A DNA stretch of 18,495 nt, taken from contig CAYVOC010000020.1 in NCBI GenBank assembly GCA_964453345.1, positions 1 to 18,495 on the forward strand, read 5' to 3'. Both the position numbers and the translations under genes were made by a program. This document shows, one piece after another, positions 16,668-18,495 of the stretch. The notes under the pieces were generated by a model. It was not told where the DNA came from. It ran no database searches and worked only from the letters and a program-made list of their open reading frames with translations. Source of the stretch: an uncultured Aquificales bacterium (GTDB lineage: Bacteria; Thermosulfidibacterota; Thermosulfidibacteria; Thermosulfidibacterales; Thermosulfidibacteraceae). Every line of letters begins with the position of its first letter. The first letter of the stretch is position 1.

Positions 16668-17245
16668 CTGGTGCCTCCCATGTTGAAAAAGAAGTAAATA
16701 ACAGGCACAGAGGCGACACCACAGGTGATGCTCACCGTCCAGATTATACTGCCCCTAATCTCCCCGTCCCTGAGATCTCCCAGCCCTTTCAAGGCGTAAT
16801 ACTTCAGAATGGTGGTCAGCAGAGCAACAACCACAAAGAGCACCACAAAGGAGGAAAAATGTCCCTCCACCAGATTTACAAAATCCTTCCACGGGGACCT
16901 TCCCTCCACATGCATCCCCAGAACAGAACCGAAGCTTATCATGAAGAACTGTATATCAACCTCCTGGAAGATCGGAGAAATCATGGGCAACAGAGAAAAG
17001 CAGATTGATGCAAGGGCAAAAAGAAATCCCCCCACCACGGCAAAGGGTATATTCGCCTTCAGCCCCGGAACAAGCACAAGAAAAAGAACGCAGACGAGAA
17101 GTGAGGCAACAACAGGGTAAAACACAAGGTTTACAACGCCTAAGAACCTTCTGGGGACCGAAAGCCTCGAGATAAATCCAAAGTAGGCATAATGAAAAAG
17201 CACCACTATGGGAGGAGCCACAAAGTAAACCAAAAGATTTTTCAT
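16664..17245 (-). CDS. Hypothetical polytopic membrane protein (about 5-6 TM)
   Basis: 193-aa ORF with several long hydrophobic stretches, filling the space between the satP terminator and the coupled downstream gene; no clear SD. Confidence 0.7.
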   Translation of the reverse strand: MKNLLVYFVAPPIVVLFHYAYFGFISRLSVPRRFLGVVNLVFYPVVASLLVCVLFLVLVPGLKANIPFAVVGGFLFALASICFSLLPMISPIFQEVDIQFFMISFGSVLGMHVEGRSPWKDFVNLVEGHFSSFVVLFVVVALLTTILKYYALKGLGDLRDGEIRGSIIWTVSITCGVASVPVIYFFFNMGGTR

Positions 17246-17261
17246 AGTGTGGGTTTACTAC

Positions 17262-17296
17262 AATAAAAGGGCGGGGAGGGCAAGCCTCCCCACCCT
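17262..17296 (-). terminator. Rho-independent terminator of satP
   Basis: Minus strand AGGGTGGGGAGG-CTTGC-CCTCCCCGCCCT (12-bp stem, one G-U) followed by TTTATT, 6 nt after the satP stop. Confidence 0.85.
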
Positions 17297-17302
17297 CACA
17301 GA

Positions 17303-17881
17303 TTACTGCTTGGGTGCTCCAACCGGCAGGATTTCCCTTCCAAAAGCGGGGTTTATTATCTCAGCAGCCAGAAGATACCAGGCGGTAAAGGCAGTCCATA
17401 TGCCCTCCCAGCCTGCTATGCGTCCTATCATCTTGCTGCCGGTTATGGCGTGTATATCAAGCAGCAGGAAAAGAATAAGCAATGAGACAAAAACAACCAC
17501 CAGAGCCTTTGCCTTGGGGAAGGTTCCTATGGTCATTATGACCGTGAAGATGGTCCAGGCAATCAGGGTCCACATGAGAGCACCGTGGAAGTCCTTGAAG
17601 GCAGGCAAGACCTTGTTGTCCTTAAAGTATATCAATGTCGCCAGAGCAATCCAGAAGGCGCCGTAAGAACCGAATGCACAAAGACCAAAGGTGTTCCCTG
17701 TTCCAAACTCCAGAACGCCCGCTATAAGCTGGGCCAGTCCGCCGTAGAAGAGTCCTAAGGGCAAAGCAGCACCAACATCGGCAAGGATCCCTGCATTGTG
17801 CAGGTTAAGAATAAAAGTGGTAAGGGCAAAACCTCCAAGCCCCAGAGGAGCCGGATTTGCCAAAGGTCTAAACTCTGCCAT
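17303..17881 (-). CDS. satP: Acetate/succinate uptake transporter, GPR1/FUN34/YaaH (SatP) family
   Basis: Signature [51 protein letters not shown]. Confidence 0.94.
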   Translation of the reverse strand: MAEFRPLANPAPLGLGGFALTTFILNLHNAGILADVGAALPLGLFYGGLAQLIAGVLEFGTGNTFGLCAFGSYGAFWIALATLIYFKDNKVLPAFKDFHGALMWTLIAWTIFTVIMTIGTFPKAKALVVVFVSLLILFLLLDIHAITGSKMIGRIAGWEGIWTAFTAWYLLAAEIINPAFGREILPVGAPKQ

Positions 17882-18020
17882 TTCCTCACCTCCTACAGTT
17901 TTTTATAACGTAAGTTAAAAAGACATCAAACCCAAGAATTCTCCCATTCACAACCTCACGTGAATCCTTCCCACTTTCCCACCGTCTCACCTCCAATCAA
18001 TAACGCTGTTTTCTCTAAAG

Positions 18021-18050
18021 AGAATATACAAAATCAAAACGCATTGTCAA
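18021..18050 (-). promoter_or_regulatory. Candidate sigma70 promoter of satP
   Basis: Minus strand TTGACA (18050-18045) then TATATT (16-nt spacer) or TATTCT (18-nt spacer). Confidence 0.6.
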
Positions 18051-18263
18051 GACTGTCTAAACAAAAATCAAAAAACGCAAGAACAGGAAGGGTCTGGCGG
18101 GCATCTTTAAAATATACACCTTTAATTACACATACTTATGCGAACAACCCTTTCCTGGCATTTTAATAACAATGTTTTGCAAAATCCTGCCCGTTGCCAC
18201 TGTTCCATGCACGGTAAAAATATTAAGCTATAGGGTAGAAAGACCAAGCCAAAGGAGGGAAGG

Positions 18264-18495
18264 ATGGGGTTGTTTTCCTGGCTCTTTGAACTTCTGTTCG
18301 GCTCCGGGGGAAGGAAAAGACGCAGACATCGCAGCTCCAGCAGAAGCTATTACTACCATGACCGGGATGATGAAGACAGAGAAGAGCTTGAGGAAAGGGA
18401 GGATCGGGAAATCGAAGAGACCGAAGAAGAGCTTGAAGAAGAATTCGAAGAAGAATTCGAGGATGAATGCGATGACGAGGACTTCGACGATGATT
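18264..18495 (+). CDS. Hypothetical low-complexity acidic protein, truncated by the window edge
   Basis: Not in the ORF track. AAGGAGG RBS, ATG 18264, open to the edge: MGLFSWLFELLFGSGGRKRRRHRSSSRSYYYHDRDDEDREELEEREDREIEETEEELEEEFEEEFEDECDDEDFDDD... Confidence 0.75.
   Translation, partial: MGLFSWLFELLFGSGGRKRRRHRSSSRSYYYHDRDDEDREELEEREDREIEETEEELEEEFEEEFEDECDDEDFDDD

Noticed and set aside
17926-17982. Selenocysteine read-through of uORF1 (would give ...FT-U-GCEWENSWV)
   Set aside because: No convincing SECIS-like hairpin downstream of the UGA, and the product would be only 18 residues.
17960-18166. 68-aa plus-strand ORF in the satP upstream region
   Set aside because: No RBS, AT-rich, and overlaps the satP promoter; likely non-coding.
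18090-18200. Sigma54 promoter at TGGC motifs, and the TTTTGCAAAA palindrome at 18175-18184
   Set aside because: None of the TGGC sites has GC at the required GG-N10-GC spacing; the palindrome is short and in AT-rich DNA.

Overview
A gene-dense bacterial chromosomal window, probably from an anaerobic thermophile (inferred from gene content and K/E-rich proteins). Left to right: (1) a minus-strand operon with a PHP-family hydrolase, a membrane-anchored TPR protein, iorA, iorB and an archaeal-type P-loop ATPase that runs off the left edge and is missing from the ORF track; (2) a divergent truB-rpsO-pnp operon converging on aspartokinase at a shared hairpin; (3) a vapBC toxin-antitoxin module bounded by degenerate direct repeats between two back-to-back promoters; (4) a Hyb-type (Hyd-2-like, group 1c) [NiFe]-hydrogenase operon hybOABCD; (5) an unusual Hsp20 gene; (6) two uncharacterised membrane genes and a SatP acetate transporter on the minus strand; (7) a truncated, extremely acidic ORF at the right edge. 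The most unusual element is the hsp20 locus: N-terminal YFGW tandem repeats, a perfect 15-bp inverted repeat bracketing the gene, and a G-quadruplex-like motif over its ribosome-binding site. No rRNA, tRNA, CRISPR array or transposase was seen. All calls come from reading motifs by eye; no searches were run.
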